From Planctomycetota bacterium (GTDB taxonomy: Bacteria; Planctomycetota; B15-G4), in contig JAQWOM010000055.1 of the NCBI GenBank assembly GCA_029245865.1, positions 73,976 through 137,975 of the forward strand: a stretch of 64,000 nt of DNA, in the 5' to 3' direction. Below the pieces are notes generated by a model. The model saw only the letters and a program-made list of their open reading frames with translations. It ran no database searches and was not told where the DNA came from. Position numbers and translations under genes: made by a program. Below are positions 43,409 to 52,483 of this stretch, piece after piece (the first letter of the stretch is position 1; each line of letters opens with the position of its first letter).

Positions 43409-44551
43409 TTACTGCTCGTGACCCGCTGAGTTTTTTTGAGTTGTTGTGCGTACCTGTACAGCGTCCAGCGTCAACTTGAGTCGCTCAAGAAAGAGCTCCG
43501 CATCGCGGTCCGCATGTCCGTGGCCAAAACTGACTCGCAATGAGGAGTGGGAGACGGTTTCCGGGCATCCCAGGGCCTCTAAAACCGGTGAAGGTTCGAG
43601 TGATCCGGAGGCACATGCGGAGCCATGGGAGACGCTCACCCCCTCAAGGTCGAGGCGGTGGACCAGTGCGGGGCCTGGCCGACCAGGAAAGGCGACACAC
43701 AGCGTATTAGGCAGGCAATCGGAGGTCTTTGAGATGAAAATGGAAGCAGGGTCAAGCTTTGGAATCTCTTTGCGAAGGAGATTTGAGAAACGGTTCCAGG
43801 TTCGTTTTTCTTCTTGGTGGCGGGCGAGAGCCTCTTCGGCGGCGGCGCAGAAGAGCTGAGCAAGGAGAACGGACTCTGTCCCAGCTCGACGTGAGGATTC
43901 CTGAGGCCCCCCGAGAATGAGCGCGGGGTGTTCAGTTCCCTGACGGAGTACGAGAGCCCCAATCCCTGGTGGCCCCCCACATTTATGGGAGGAAAGGGTC
44001 ATGAGGTCTGCGCCAAGCTCTTGAAAGGACACCGGAATTCGGCCGAGGGCCTGACTGGCATCCGTGTGAAGGAGCCAGGATCGCTGAGAGTGTTGCCGAG
44101 CGAGGGCTTTGACGGGCTGCAGAGACCCGGTTTCATGGTTTGCGAGCCCAACGCTTGCGATCTGGCAGCTCTGGAGCAAAGGGTCCGCGAGCTCGAGATC
44201 CACCTGGTGGGCGGCGTTGAGGGGAAGGAGCGTCGTGTGGGCGCTGCGCTTTCCGGGAGCCAGAACACTTGGGTGTTCGACGGGCAGCATGGCGACAGAG
44301 TCCCAGCCAGAGAGGGCCCAGGTGTTCGATTCGGTGCCGCCTGATGTGAAGACGAGCTCTTCGGGCTGACAGCCAATCAGGCTGGCGAGTCTCTCGCGGG
44401 CTGTTTCGAGGGCGCGGCGCGCGAGGCGACCTTCTTCATGAGCGCTGGAGGGGTTTGCCCCTGGATTGCCAAGACTCCAGCTTTGGAGGATCTCTCGCGC
44501 CGATTCCCGAAGGGGAGAGGAGGCATTGTGATCGAGGTAGAGGCGCCTCAT
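43409..44551 (-). CDS. Cysteine desulfurase (NifS/IscS family, aminotransferase class V)
   Basis: The PLP-lysine block SSHKCGGPPGIGALVL and the catalytic-Cys loop SHGSACASGSLEPS are present. The protein is 380 aa. Its start overlaps the bshA stop by 4 nt. Confidence 0.8.
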   Translation of the reverse strand: MRRLYLDHNASSPLRESAREILQSWSLGNPGANPSSAHEEGRLARRALETARERLASLIGCQPEELVFTSGGTESNTWALSGWDSVAMLPVEHPSVLAPGKRSAHTTLLPLNAAHQVDLELADPLLQSCQIASVGLANHETGSLQPVKALARQHSQRSWLLHTDASQALGRIPVSFQELGADLMTLSSHKCGGPPGIGALVLRQGTEHPALILGGPQESSRRAGTESVLLAQLFCAAAEEALARHQEEKRTWNRFSNLLRKEIPKLDPASIFISKTSDCLPNTLCVAFPGRPGPALVHRLDLEGVSVSHGSACASGSLEPSPVLEALGCPETVSHSSLRVSFGHGHADRDAELFLERLKLTLDAVQVRTTTQKNSAGHEQ

Positions 44552-45684
44552 GGAGTGTCCGCGAGGAGGCGGCGATACAGCTCTTCGTGCTGTTCAAGGC
44601 TCGCGGTGAGTGAAAACTTGTCGGTGGTTCGTTCAACCCCGGCCTTGCCCATTGCGTTCCGTAGCTGAGGGTCTTCGAGCAGGCGGTTGACATCCGCAGC
44701 CATTCCATCGATGTCACCGATGTTATGGAGAAAGCCGGATTCCCCGTGGACGATGACCTCTGGCAGGCCGCCGACATTTGTGGTGACAACCGGGACGCCA
44801 CAGGCCATGGCTTCGAGCGGGGCCAGGCCAAAAGATTCGCTTTCACTGGGAAAGAGGGCGACGTCACTGGCGGCAATGACAGAGGCCACATTCTCGATTT
44901 CACCCAAAAAGCGGACCTTGTCACAAAGGCCGTAACGCTGGGCGAGTTCCCGAACAGCCGATTGATCCGGACCATCTCCTACGAAAAGCAGTCTCGCCGG
45001 CTTGCGGGATCCAACTCGACGAAGAATTTCGATGGTGTCACCAGCCCGTTTCAGCGAGCGGAAGTTGGACATGTGCACGAGCAAGGCTTGGTCCTTGCCG
45101 CCGAGTTCATTGCGAACCACATCGTCTGACCGGCGCCGGAAGAGCTGTTGGTCGACGAAATTGGGAAGGATGTCGATGGGGCCGGAGTAATCGAACACTT
45201 CGCGTGTTTGTTCGGCGAGCCAATCAGAGACGCTGACGACGGCGTCGCTCTGTTGCAGGCCGAATGGGATGACGTCGCGATAGCTCGGGTCTCTGCCGAG
45301 AATGGTGATGTCTGTTCCATGCAGAGTGGTGACGATTTTCGTACTGCAATTAGGACTCATCTCGCGCGCAAGGTATGCGCAAATTGCATGGGGCACGGCG
45401 TAGTGGACGTGAAGGATGTCCAGTGAGCGGTCGCACATGACCTGGCGCATCACGGAGGAGAGCGCGAGGTCATAGGGTGGGTAGTGAAAGAGGGGGTAAG
45501 AGGACACGCTGACGTTGTGGAACTCGATTCCTGCGTGATAGGAGGCCAGGCGTGTCGGTCGCGCGTAAGAGAAGATGTGGATTTCGTGGCCGTGGCGAGC
45601 AAGTGCGATCCCGAGTTCTGTGGCCAGAACTCCACTCCCGCCATAAGTCGGGTAGCAGGCGATGCCAATGCGAAGCTTTTTCAC
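44548..45684 (-). CDS. bshA: N-acetyl-alpha-D-glucosaminyl L-malate synthase (GT4 glycosyltransferase BshA)
   Basis: The match to the BshA pattern is strong: MKKLRIGIACYPTYGGSGVLATELG, YPPYDLALSS, VTTLHGTDITILG, HMSNFRSLKR, LLFVGDGPD and ESFGLAPLEAMACGVP. Confidence 0.85.
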   Translation of the reverse strand: MKKLRIGIACYPTYGGSGVLATELGIALARHGHEIHIFSYARPTRLASYHAGIEFHNVSVSSYPLFHYPPYDLALSSVMRQVMCDRSLDILHVHYAVPHAICAYLAREMSPNCSTKIVTTLHGTDITILGRDPSYRDVIPFGLQQSDAVVSVSDWLAEQTREVFDYSGPIDILPNFVDQQLFRRRSDDVVRNELGGKDQALLVHMSNFRSLKRAGDTIEILRRVGSRKPARLLFVGDGPDQSAVRELAQRYGLCDKVRFLGEIENVASVIAASDVALFPSESESFGLAPLEAMACGVPVVTTNVGGLPEVIVHGESGFLHNIGDIDGMAADVNRLLEDPQLRNAMGKAGVERTTDKFSLTASLEQHEELYRRLLADTP

Positions 45685-46406
45685 AGGAAGACGCTTTGCC
45701 CCGCGTCTTGGACGAGGGGTAGGGGGTCGGAAACGGCGAGCGGGCCTTCGACGACATAGGGTTCGCCGAAGCGTACGCCGACCTGCGATCCGAAGAATCG
45801 ATTGCGAGCTTCCTGAGCTTGCAGGAACTGTTCGGAGGCAATTGAGGTCAGGGGTTCGTCAGACTTCGGGTTGTAGAGCTGAGAGGCGTGAGCCTGAATC
45901 GCCCGCACCATGTCGTCATAGACATCGGTGATGTCGACGACGAGTGAAGGAACGGCGATTTCGCGAGAGGGATAGAACAGCACCCGGCCGGGACGCCACG
46001 GAGGAAGGTCTGGTCCGATCTTGGCGCAGCCCGCCAGGAACCTTGCTTCTTTGACAAGCTGCCCGGCTCGGGAGTGGTCTGGATGGTGGTCGAGTGGTAG
46101 GGGGGCTACGATCAGTCGTGGTCGGTGCCGTCGGATCACTTCGATGAGAAGGTCTCGGCTCTGTTCGTCGTTCTGGATGTGACCGTCTTTCAGGCCGAGG
46201 CATTCTCGAAAGTCGAGCTGGAGAAGCTCTGCCCCCCGTTTTGCTTCTTCATGGCGTTGTTCGGGGGTGCCGCGGGTTCCCATTTCGCCGGCGGTGAGGT
46301 CGATGCCACCGGTCGAGTAACCCTGCTTTCGAAGGGAGAGTGCGAGACCGCCGGAGCAGATCTCGATGTCGTCGGGGTGAGGCCCGATGAAGAGAGCGTC
46401 GACCAT
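45681..46406 (-). CDS. bshB1: N-acetyl-alpha-D-glucosaminyl L-malate deacetylase (PIG-L/LmbE family, BshB1)
   Basis: The PIG-L motifs GPHPDDIEICSGG and HPDH are present. The protein is 241 aa and sits inside the bsh cluster. Confidence 0.75.
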   Translation of the reverse strand: MVDALFIGPHPDDIEICSGGLALSLRKQGYSTGGIDLTAGEMGTRGTPEQRHEEAKRGAELLQLDFRECLGLKDGHIQNDEQSRDLLIEVIRRHRPRLIVAPLPLDHHPDHSRAGQLVKEARFLAGCAKIGPDLPPWRPGRVLFYPSREIAVPSLVVDITDVYDDMVRAIQAHASQLYNPKSDEPLTSIASEQFLQAQEARNRFFGSQVGVRFGEPYVVEGPLAVSDPLPLVQDAGQSVFL

Positions 46407-47840
46407 CTAGGGAGCCTCCTTGGTAAAGGCATGCAGTATGTGAGCAGGTGGCTCGAATGGTTGGGAGAGCCCGATGATGTGCTCGGCCCACAGGGGGGGA
46501 GCTTCGGGCCCGAAGGCCTCTGGTAGCCAGCTGAGGACTGCGTCTTGCGACTGTCCGCGTGGCCGAAGCCGTGATTCGGCGCGCCCACTTCGGCCTCGCC
46601 ATTCGGGGGCTTCTGCGAGTGCGCGGGCATCTCTTTCGCTGCGATGTGCGAACCGATCTGCTCGGGCGGCAAGCCCTGAGTCGAGGTCGGTCACCGCGGT
46701 TCTGAATTTGGCGAGGGATGCGAGCAACTGAGCCAGGGGGTTGTCGAGGGGGCCGTGGGATTCCGGGAGCCGAAGGTCGGTGTCGAAGAGATCGATTTCT
46801 TCTGGCTGAACCCGCGTGGCCTCGAGTCGGGGTACGAGCTGAGGAGCGGGCAGTTCGAAGAGTGCGTGGAGTGGGCGTACCTGGCCGAGGTACAGGATCT
46901 CGGAGGGCCCGCAGACCTGAGCCACAACAGGAAGTGTGGCGGCCTGAACAATGGGGCGCAGCGCCGCATGAGGACTGAAGTCAGCTGGGTTGTCCGCCAG
47001 GCGGCTTTGCGCTTCTTTGTCTCCTGCTTCGACACGCTTGCGCCGCCCATTTCGGGATTCCAGTACGAGGGGCCGCGGGTCAGAGGGGTCGAAGCTGCTG
47101 GGAAAGCCACAGTCGTTGAGGAGAGTGGCTCCGGCTTGCAAGGCTTCTGCCAGAGGCTCGGGCTCGGCGAGAGCCCGGTCCAAGATGGCTGTTGCAGGGC
47201 CCCGGAGCTGATGGGCTTCCACAAAGCGGAGGCCTGTTCCGGAAAAGGCTTGCTGAAGAAGGAGCGCCGCATGCTCTGGGGCGGGGCTTGAAGGCCAGAG
47301 GCCCTCGGCAAGCCCTTTATTAACACCATAAATAGACCTTAACTTACTCTTAAATACATCAAAAGAAGCCTCTTCCCATGAAGAGCGCGCGAGCATTTCA
47401 TACTGCGGCTGGAGGGCGCAGCGAATCCTTTCAATTTGACCATTTGAAGGATTGATCAGATCCAGGTGATCAACTTCTGAGCTGTCGTGGTCCTGTGTTG
47501 CGAGAAGAAAAACAGGGGTGACGGGCCGCTGGATGTGAGATTGAAGCGCTCGGGCGTAAGCCACCGCCGTCGCTGCCTTATGAGGCACAAGAAGTGGTCC
47601 TCCACCCAGCCCAGGCTGTTGGCCCGCGAGGACGACCACGGAGGCCGGATCGACGGGATCACCGGGGGCATCGCGGAGGGAGCGGATCCAGCCGCCATCT
47701 TTGGCGAGGGTTGCGGTCAGGGCAGAGGAAGTCCTGGCACTTGGTGGCTGGCCAAACAGAGCGGTGAACTCGGGTTTGCCGTCCCACCAGGCCTGAGACC
47801 AGGTGCCGTGGACCACGGGATTGGGGAGGCGTCGGATCAC
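46407..47840 (-). CDS. bshC: Bacillithiol biosynthesis cysteine-adding enzyme BshC
   Basis: The BshC N-terminal signature AGQQPGLGGGPLLVPHKAATAVAYARAL...PVFLLATQDHDSSEVDH is present (GQQ.gL.GGPly..K ... PVFW.a.EDHD pattern). The protein is 477 aa. Confidence 0.7.
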   Translation of the reverse strand: MIRRLPNPVVHGTWSQAWWDGKPEFTALFGQPPSARTSSALTATLAKDGGWIRSLRDAPGDPVDPASVVVLAGQQPGLGGGPLLVPHKAATAVAYARALQSHIQRPVTPVFLLATQDHDSSEVDHLDLINPSNGQIERIRCALQPQYEMLARSSWEEASFDVFKSKLRSIYGVNKGLAEGLWPSSPAPEHAALLLQQAFSGTGLRFVEAHQLRGPATAILDRALAEPEPLAEALQAGATLLNDCGFPSSFDPSDPRPLVLESRNGRRKRVEAGDKEAQSRLADNPADFSPHAALRPIVQAATLPVVAQVCGPSEILYLGQVRPLHALFELPAPQLVPRLEATRVQPEEIDLFDTDLRLPESHGPLDNPLAQLLASLAKFRTAVTDLDSGLAARADRFAHRSERDARALAEAPEWRGRSGRAESRLRPRGQSQDAVLSWLPEAFGPEAPPLWAEHIIGLSQPFEPPAHILHAFTKEAP

Positions 47841-48754
47841 GGACGGTTGGTTGTCAGGCTGGGACCTTTGTTACGGACATCAGCGAGTTCGTCGCGTAGC
47901 TGTCGCGCGGCGTTGGCAATGGGGCTACGCCAGTTCTCGGTGGAGGGGTCCCCAAAGGCATAGAGAATGCCGCGTGAAGAGTTGACCACCGCGCCGAGAC
48001 CCTGGCTGTCAAAGGCCGGGGCGACATCGGCTGCGGCGCCTCCCTGAGCCCCGACGCCGGGGATGAGAAACCAGGTTTGGGGCAGCAATGCCCGTAGTTT
48101 GGCCAGTTCAGCCGGGGCTGTGGCCCCCACGACGGCCCCGACACTGGAATACCCACAAGATCCCCGCAGGCCCTCGCCCCAGCGGGCGACCAGCTCAGCA
48201 ACGTGGTCGTGAACGGGCTTGCCGTCGACACAGAGGTCCTGGATCTCGCTCGCGGAGGGGTTTGAGGTTCGAACCAGGGCAAAGAGACCCGATCCGGTGG
48301 TGTGGCAGGCCTCCAGAAACGGTTGGATGCTGTCGGTGCCCAGGTAGGGATTGACCGTGATGGCGTCGCCTGAGACGGGCGCCAGCAGGTGAGCCGCTGC
48401 ATAGGCCTTGGCGGTTGAGCCGATGTCGCCGCGCTTGATATCGGAGATCACGAGCAATCCGGCGTCATGGGCCATCTGGATCGTGTCTTCGAAAGCCTGG
48501 ATGCCGGGAACTCCACAGGCTTCGTAATAGGCGATCTGAGGCTTGACCGCACAGGCGTAGGGAGCGATCTGCTCAATGACAGCTTCGTTGAAGGCGCGGA
48601 TGGCTTGAGCCGTGTCGGCCCGTGGGTCGCCACTCGAAGGGCCTTTGAGCACCTCCGTGGGCAAGCGTGCCGGGTCGGGGTCAAGGCCTACAACGACGGG
48701 AGAGGCCTTGGTGAGGACGGCTTCGGCCAGGCGGTCGGCGAAGAGGTCCGCCAT
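47837..48754 (-). CDS. pyrF: Orotidine 5'-phosphate decarboxylase, type 2 (long form)
   Basis: The block KRGDIGSTAKAYA and the type-2 OMPDC length (305 aa) fit. Its stop overlaps the bshC start by 4 nt. Confidence 0.85.
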   Translation of the reverse strand: MADLFADRLAEAVLTKASPVVVGLDPDPARLPTEVLKGPSSGDPRADTAQAIRAFNEAVIEQIAPYACAVKPQIAYYEACGVPGIQAFEDTIQMAHDAGLLVISDIKRGDIGSTAKAYAAAHLLAPVSGDAITVNPYLGTDSIQPFLEACHTTGSGLFALVRTSNPSASEIQDLCVDGKPVHDHVAELVARWGEGLRGSCGYSSVGAVVGATAPAELAKLRALLPQTWFLIPGVGAQGGAAADVAPAFDSQGLGAVVNSSRGILYAFGDPSTENWRSPIANAARQLRDELADVRNKGPSLTTNRP

Positions 48755-48868
48755 GTTTTCAGTCTCGGAGGATAGGGGGCCCGTTCGTCATATCCGACCC
48801 GCTCGGGAATTGCACGGCGAGCCAACGATCTGCGGGGAAGGGTGGGCGTTCTGGAGGGCGCTTCAAGT

Positions 48869-50053
48869 TTACTGGGAAGGGGGGAGTTCCATTGTGCGGG
48901 CAAAGACCGCTGCGATGCTGTCGGCGCGGGTGAGGGCTGTGGCTGGAATGCGAAGGTTGTTGTCGACCTCCTCAAGGAGCCGCTGTTGCTTCAGTTGTTG
49001 GATTCCTGCGGCGAGGGCGATTCGCCAGGAGTCGCCAAATCGGCGCTCCAGCTCGTCGATGTCAACCCCATCGCGGGTGCGTAGCCCTACCCCGAGTGAT
49101 TCGAGCAGGCGATCGGATGGCTGGAGGCGCTCGACATGATGCCGGGTGTCGCGATTTCCGGAAATCTGCTCGAGGTACTGCTTGGTGTCGCGGAGATTGG
49201 ACCACCGCAAGGGATGTCTGGAGCTCGAGGCGCCCGGCCCAATGCCGAGGTAGTCCTCATTGCGCCAGTAGGCCTGATTGTGCCGGCTTCGGGCTTCTGG
49301 CAAAGCAAAGTTGGACACCTCATAGCGCTCATAGCCAAAGCCATGTAAATAAGATGACCATAAGATGTCATAAGAATCCATATACGTGTCTTCAAGCCGA
49401 ACAACACTTCCTCGTCGGGCCTGCTCATGCAGCTGTGTGCCTGGTTCGATGGTGAGCCCATATACCGAGATATGGGGTGCAGAGCGCTTCAGGAGTTGTG
49501 CGAGGTCGAAGGTCAGGTCTTGGCTTGTCTGGTCCTTGAACCCCACGAGAAGGTCGGCGGACCAGAGGCCCTTCCAGTGCTCAGCAATCAGATCCAGGGC
49601 GGCTCGGCCGAGATCTCCATCGTGGTGTCTTCCAAAACCCGCGAGGACGGCATCGTCAAAAGTCTGGATGCCGATGGAAAGCCGGGTGATGCCCAGTTCG
49701 CTCCAGGCGGAAAGCGCATCCTTGCTGACATTGGTTGGATTTACCTCGAGCGTGATCTCGGCGCCTGTTTCGAGGCGAGAACGCGCTTGCAGGCCGTTGA
49801 GAAGACGCTCAAGCAGCCCTGGGGCGAGCAATCCGGGTGTTCCGCCTCCGAAATAGACCGTTTCCATTCCGGCCTCCAATGCCGGCCGGCGTCCGTATTC
49901 GAGAAGGAGAGCATCGACGAGATCGCGGTGCAGGGCCGGGCGATCAGCCATCGTGGCGAAGGCGCAGTAGGTGCATCGATCCGTACAGAACGGAACGTGC
50001 ACGTAGAGGCTCTGGGGAGCGGCCTTCGGTCCTCGGTCGAAAAGCCTGGTCAC
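48869..50053 (-). CDS. hemW: Radical SAM heme chaperone HemW / HemN-like coproporphyrinogen-III oxidase family
   Basis: The radical SAM motif is CTDRCTYCAF (CxxxCxxC), preceded by LYVHVPFC. A HemN C-terminal-like domain follows. Confidence 0.8.
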   Translation of the reverse strand: MTRLFDRGPKAAPQSLYVHVPFCTDRCTYCAFATMADRPALHRDLVDALLLEYGRRPALEAGMETVYFGGGTPGLLAPGLLERLLNGLQARSRLETGAEITLEVNPTNVSKDALSAWSELGITRLSIGIQTFDDAVLAGFGRHHDGDLGRAALDLIAEHWKGLWSADLLVGFKDQTSQDLTFDLAQLLKRSAPHISVYGLTIEPGTQLHEQARRGSVVRLEDTYMDSYDILWSSYLHGFGYERYEVSNFALPEARSRHNQAYWRNEDYLGIGPGASSSRHPLRWSNLRDTKQYLEQISGNRDTRHHVERLQPSDRLLESLGVGLRTRDGVDIDELERRFGDSWRIALAAGIQQLKQQRLLEEVDNNLRIPATALTRADSIAAVFARTMELPPSQ

Positions 50054-50057
50054 ATGC

Positions 50058-50900
50058 TCAGAGCGGCTCCACTCCGTTCATCTGGGCGAAGAGCCTGGTC
50101 AGGGATTCGTTCTGGATTTGCCGGACACGCTCGCGGGTGAGGCCAAGTTCGACCCCGATTTCCTTGAGCGTCATCGCGGCATCATATCCGAGACCGAATC
50201 GCATCTTCAGGACCTTCTGCTGGCGTTCGTCGAGCATGTCCACAAGACCCATCATGCGGGTGAGTTCGGTGGCCTCGAGGTGAGTTTCCTTCGGATCCGG
50301 TGAATTGGGGTCTACGAGGATATCGTTCAGCTTTGCCGACTGGTCATCCCGGGAGAAGGACTGGGTGTACCGGGATGCGGTGTGGAGGGACTTCTGAATG
50401 GCTGCCGCTGAGGCTGCCTTGACCTCCATGTGCTCGGCGATCTCTTCAGGGGTGGGTTCGCGTCCTAGCTGCAGAAGAAGCAGGTCGGTGGTCTTTTGCC
50501 ATCGGGACATGAGCTCGACCATGTAAGACGGAATCCGCACGGTCTTGACGGTGTTGGTGAGCGCACGCCGAATGGACTGCTTGATCCACCAGGTGGCGTA
50601 AGTTGAGAAGCGGCAGTTGGCGTTCGGGTCGAATTTTTCGACGGCTCTCAAAAGGCCCACGTTGCCTTCCTCGATGAGGTCGAGGAGGACCATGCCACGG
50701 TTGAGATAGCGCTTGGCAATGCTGACGACCAGCCTCAGATTGGCCAGCGCAAGGTGTTCACGGGCCTCAATGGAGCCCTTCTGCACCTCGACGGCGAGCT
50801 CTTTCTCGCCATCTGCGGTGAGTAGCTGCACGCGATTGATCTCGCGCAGGTAGATCTCGATGGGAAGCTCGGCCCGTTTCACTGTCTGTCCGTCGACCAT
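50058..50900 (-). CDS. Sigma-70 family RNA polymerase sigma factor (group 2/3-like, regions 2-4, no region 1.1)
   Basis: Region 2 (LRLVVSIAKRYLNRGMVLLDLIEEGNVGLLRAVEKFD...FSTYATWWIKQSI), region 3 and region 4 (TLKEIGVELGLTRERVRQIQ) are present. The protein is 280 aa. Confidence 0.85.
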   Translation of the reverse strand: MVDGQTVKRAELPIEIYLREINRVQLLTADGEKELAVEVQKGSIEAREHLALANLRLVVSIAKRYLNRGMVLLDLIEEGNVGLLRAVEKFDPNANCRFSTYATWWIKQSIRRALTNTVKTVRIPSYMVELMSRWQKTTDLLLLQLGREPTPEEIAEHMEVKAASAAAIQKSLHTASRYTQSFSRDDQSAKLNDILVDPNSPDPKETHLEATELTRMMGLVDMLDERQQKVLKMRFGLGYDAAMTLKEIGVELGLTRERVRQIQNESLTRLFAQMNGVEPL

Positions 50901-51035
50901 GACTGAAGTGCTCGCATTTCAAGGGGGTTCAGCGGGGACTTTCGGCTGAGAAGGTGCACAAGCTTGAGTCGATCTGGTGACTTAGGCCCAGGCCGGGTGC
51001 CCGTGATAGACTGCCGCCGCCTCGGCCCTCCCTCT

Positions 51036-52328
51036 ATGACCCAGACGATTCACCTCCGCGACGTCATCCTCCGAGAGGAGGACTTCATCCCGCTTCTGGA
51101 TGAGGCGGCGGCTGGTTTTGGATCCATGGTGGCTGCGCTGGCCGAGGACCCCACGCCGCTCACGCGCTCGGGGCCAGTGGCCCGGCTCGGGGATGCTGCC
51201 GACGAGCTCGAGAGCTTTCTCGATGATTTCGGCGCGCGCGAAAACAGGACGTTTGTCACGTTTGGCGAGCTCGTTGCCTCGACCAGAGGTCTTTGCAGGG
51301 TTCGAGCTTCGGGTCTCTACTTGCTTTCGCGTTTGCCGCGCTATCAGCTGATCGGAGAGAGCGCCGAGCTCATCGAAGGCCTTCAGGCGGTTGATGTGGT
51401 GCTCGATGACGCCCTGGCCTCTCTCTGTGGCGGGCTCATGGAGTCTGCTGCAAGCCTGGGGCTGACCTGGAGCCAGGCCAATGTGCCGGCCGGCATGAAC
51501 CGTGAGGTTCGAAGGCAGCTTCCTCGCAACCTGGATGCGGATGTTTCAGGTGGCGAGCGGCAACACATCGCAGAGCTAGCAAGTCGTTTTCAGGCAATGA
51601 TTAAGGCCAGTCGTCAGTTGCAGTTAGGGTCGCGTCGACCTGCCGAAGAGCTGGCGAGCTTTGTCGCCGAGCACGCGACGGAAGAGCGCTGTCGGTGGTA
51701 CGAGTCTGGCGTTCACAACATCCAGTCGATGTATGACACCTATGTCTTGCTGACCGCCGTTGAAGAAGAGCATGAGTGGCTGCGCACGCTCCGAGGTCAT
51801 GTCTCAGTTGCTCGCCATCTGCTGGAGATGGCCACCGGGCTGGTGCACTTTTATGAGCGTCACGAGAACGATCTCCGGCACCAGGGCGCCAAGTCAGAGA
51901 TCTCCCGATTGGTCTCAAAGGGCCGAATCCTGGACGCAGCGGTCAATGTTTGCCTGAGGCAGGCTTATCTGTCTGTTGAGCGCTGTGCGCCTGTGGCACA
52001 GAAGATCATTGAGATTTTTGCTGGTCACCAAAGCGTCTCACTGAAGATGCCCGACGGAATCAGTCTTCATGCGCGACCTCTGGCGCTGATCGTTCAGATC
52101 GCCCGGCACCACAGGACGCCCCTTGAACTGTCCCTCGAAGGAGAGAGCTGCTCTGCGCTTTCCTTGATGGGGCTCATCATGCTGGCCGGGAAACACCCGA
52201 ACCCGAGCTCGATCGAGGCTCGTGGCGATGCACGAGCGCTGGCCGACCTCTTGCTGCTGTTTGAACACCATCTCGGCGAAAAGGACGGCTTGCCAGACGA
52301 CCTGGGCTATCTCAGAATGAGTTCCTGA
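51036..52328 (+). CDS. Uncharacterized alpha-helical protein with a C-terminal HPr-like phosphocarrier domain (novel fusion)
   Basis: The last roughly 90 aa (VSLKMPDGISLHARPLALIVQIARHHRTPLELSLEGESCSALSLMGLIMLAGKHPNPSSIEARGDARALADLLLLF) follow the HPr pattern: His in LHARP, Ser in SALSLMG, and the Gly..Gd..A layout. The preceding roughly 340 aa have no recognizable motif. The start may be at 50964 or 51036. Confidence 0.55.
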   Translation: MTQTIHLRDVILREEDFIPLLDEAAAGFGSMVAALAEDPTPLTRSGPVARLGDAADELESFLDDFGARENRTFVTFGELVASTRGLCRVRASGLYLLSRLPRYQLIGESAELIEGLQAVDVVLDDALASLCGGLMESAASLGLTWSQANVPAGMNREVRRQLPRNLDADVSGGERQHIAELASRFQAMIKASRQLQLGSRRPAEELASFVAEHATEERCRWYESGVHNIQSMYDTYVLLTAVEEEHEWLRTLRGHVSVARHLLEMATGLVHFYERHENDLRHQGAKSEISRLVSKGRILDAAVNVCLRQAYLSVERCAPVAQKIIEIFAGHQSVSLKMPDGISLHARPLALIVQIARHHRTPLELSLEGESCSALSLMGLIMLAGKHPNPSSIEARGDARALADLLLLFEHHLGEKDGLPDDLGYLRMSS

Positions 52329-52357
52329 GTCTCTGTGGTTGCTGGGCCGTGTCGCGA

Positions 52358-52373
52358 TGTTTCACGTGAAACC
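52358..52373. promoter_or_regulatory. parS centromere-like site (TGTTTCACGTGAAACC), 15/16 match to the consensus TGTTTCACGTGAAACA
   Basis: I read the palindrome directly at 52358..52373, 110 bp upstream of the parB start. Confidence 0.75.
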
Positions 52374-52483
52374 ACGCAAGTCACGGCGTTGATCGGCCGT
52401 CGAGAGCCCTTTATCGTCGAGCTTCCCGGCCAGGAAGTCGCTGGTGGGGTCAATCACCGCGCCATCTCATCGGAACACGACCT

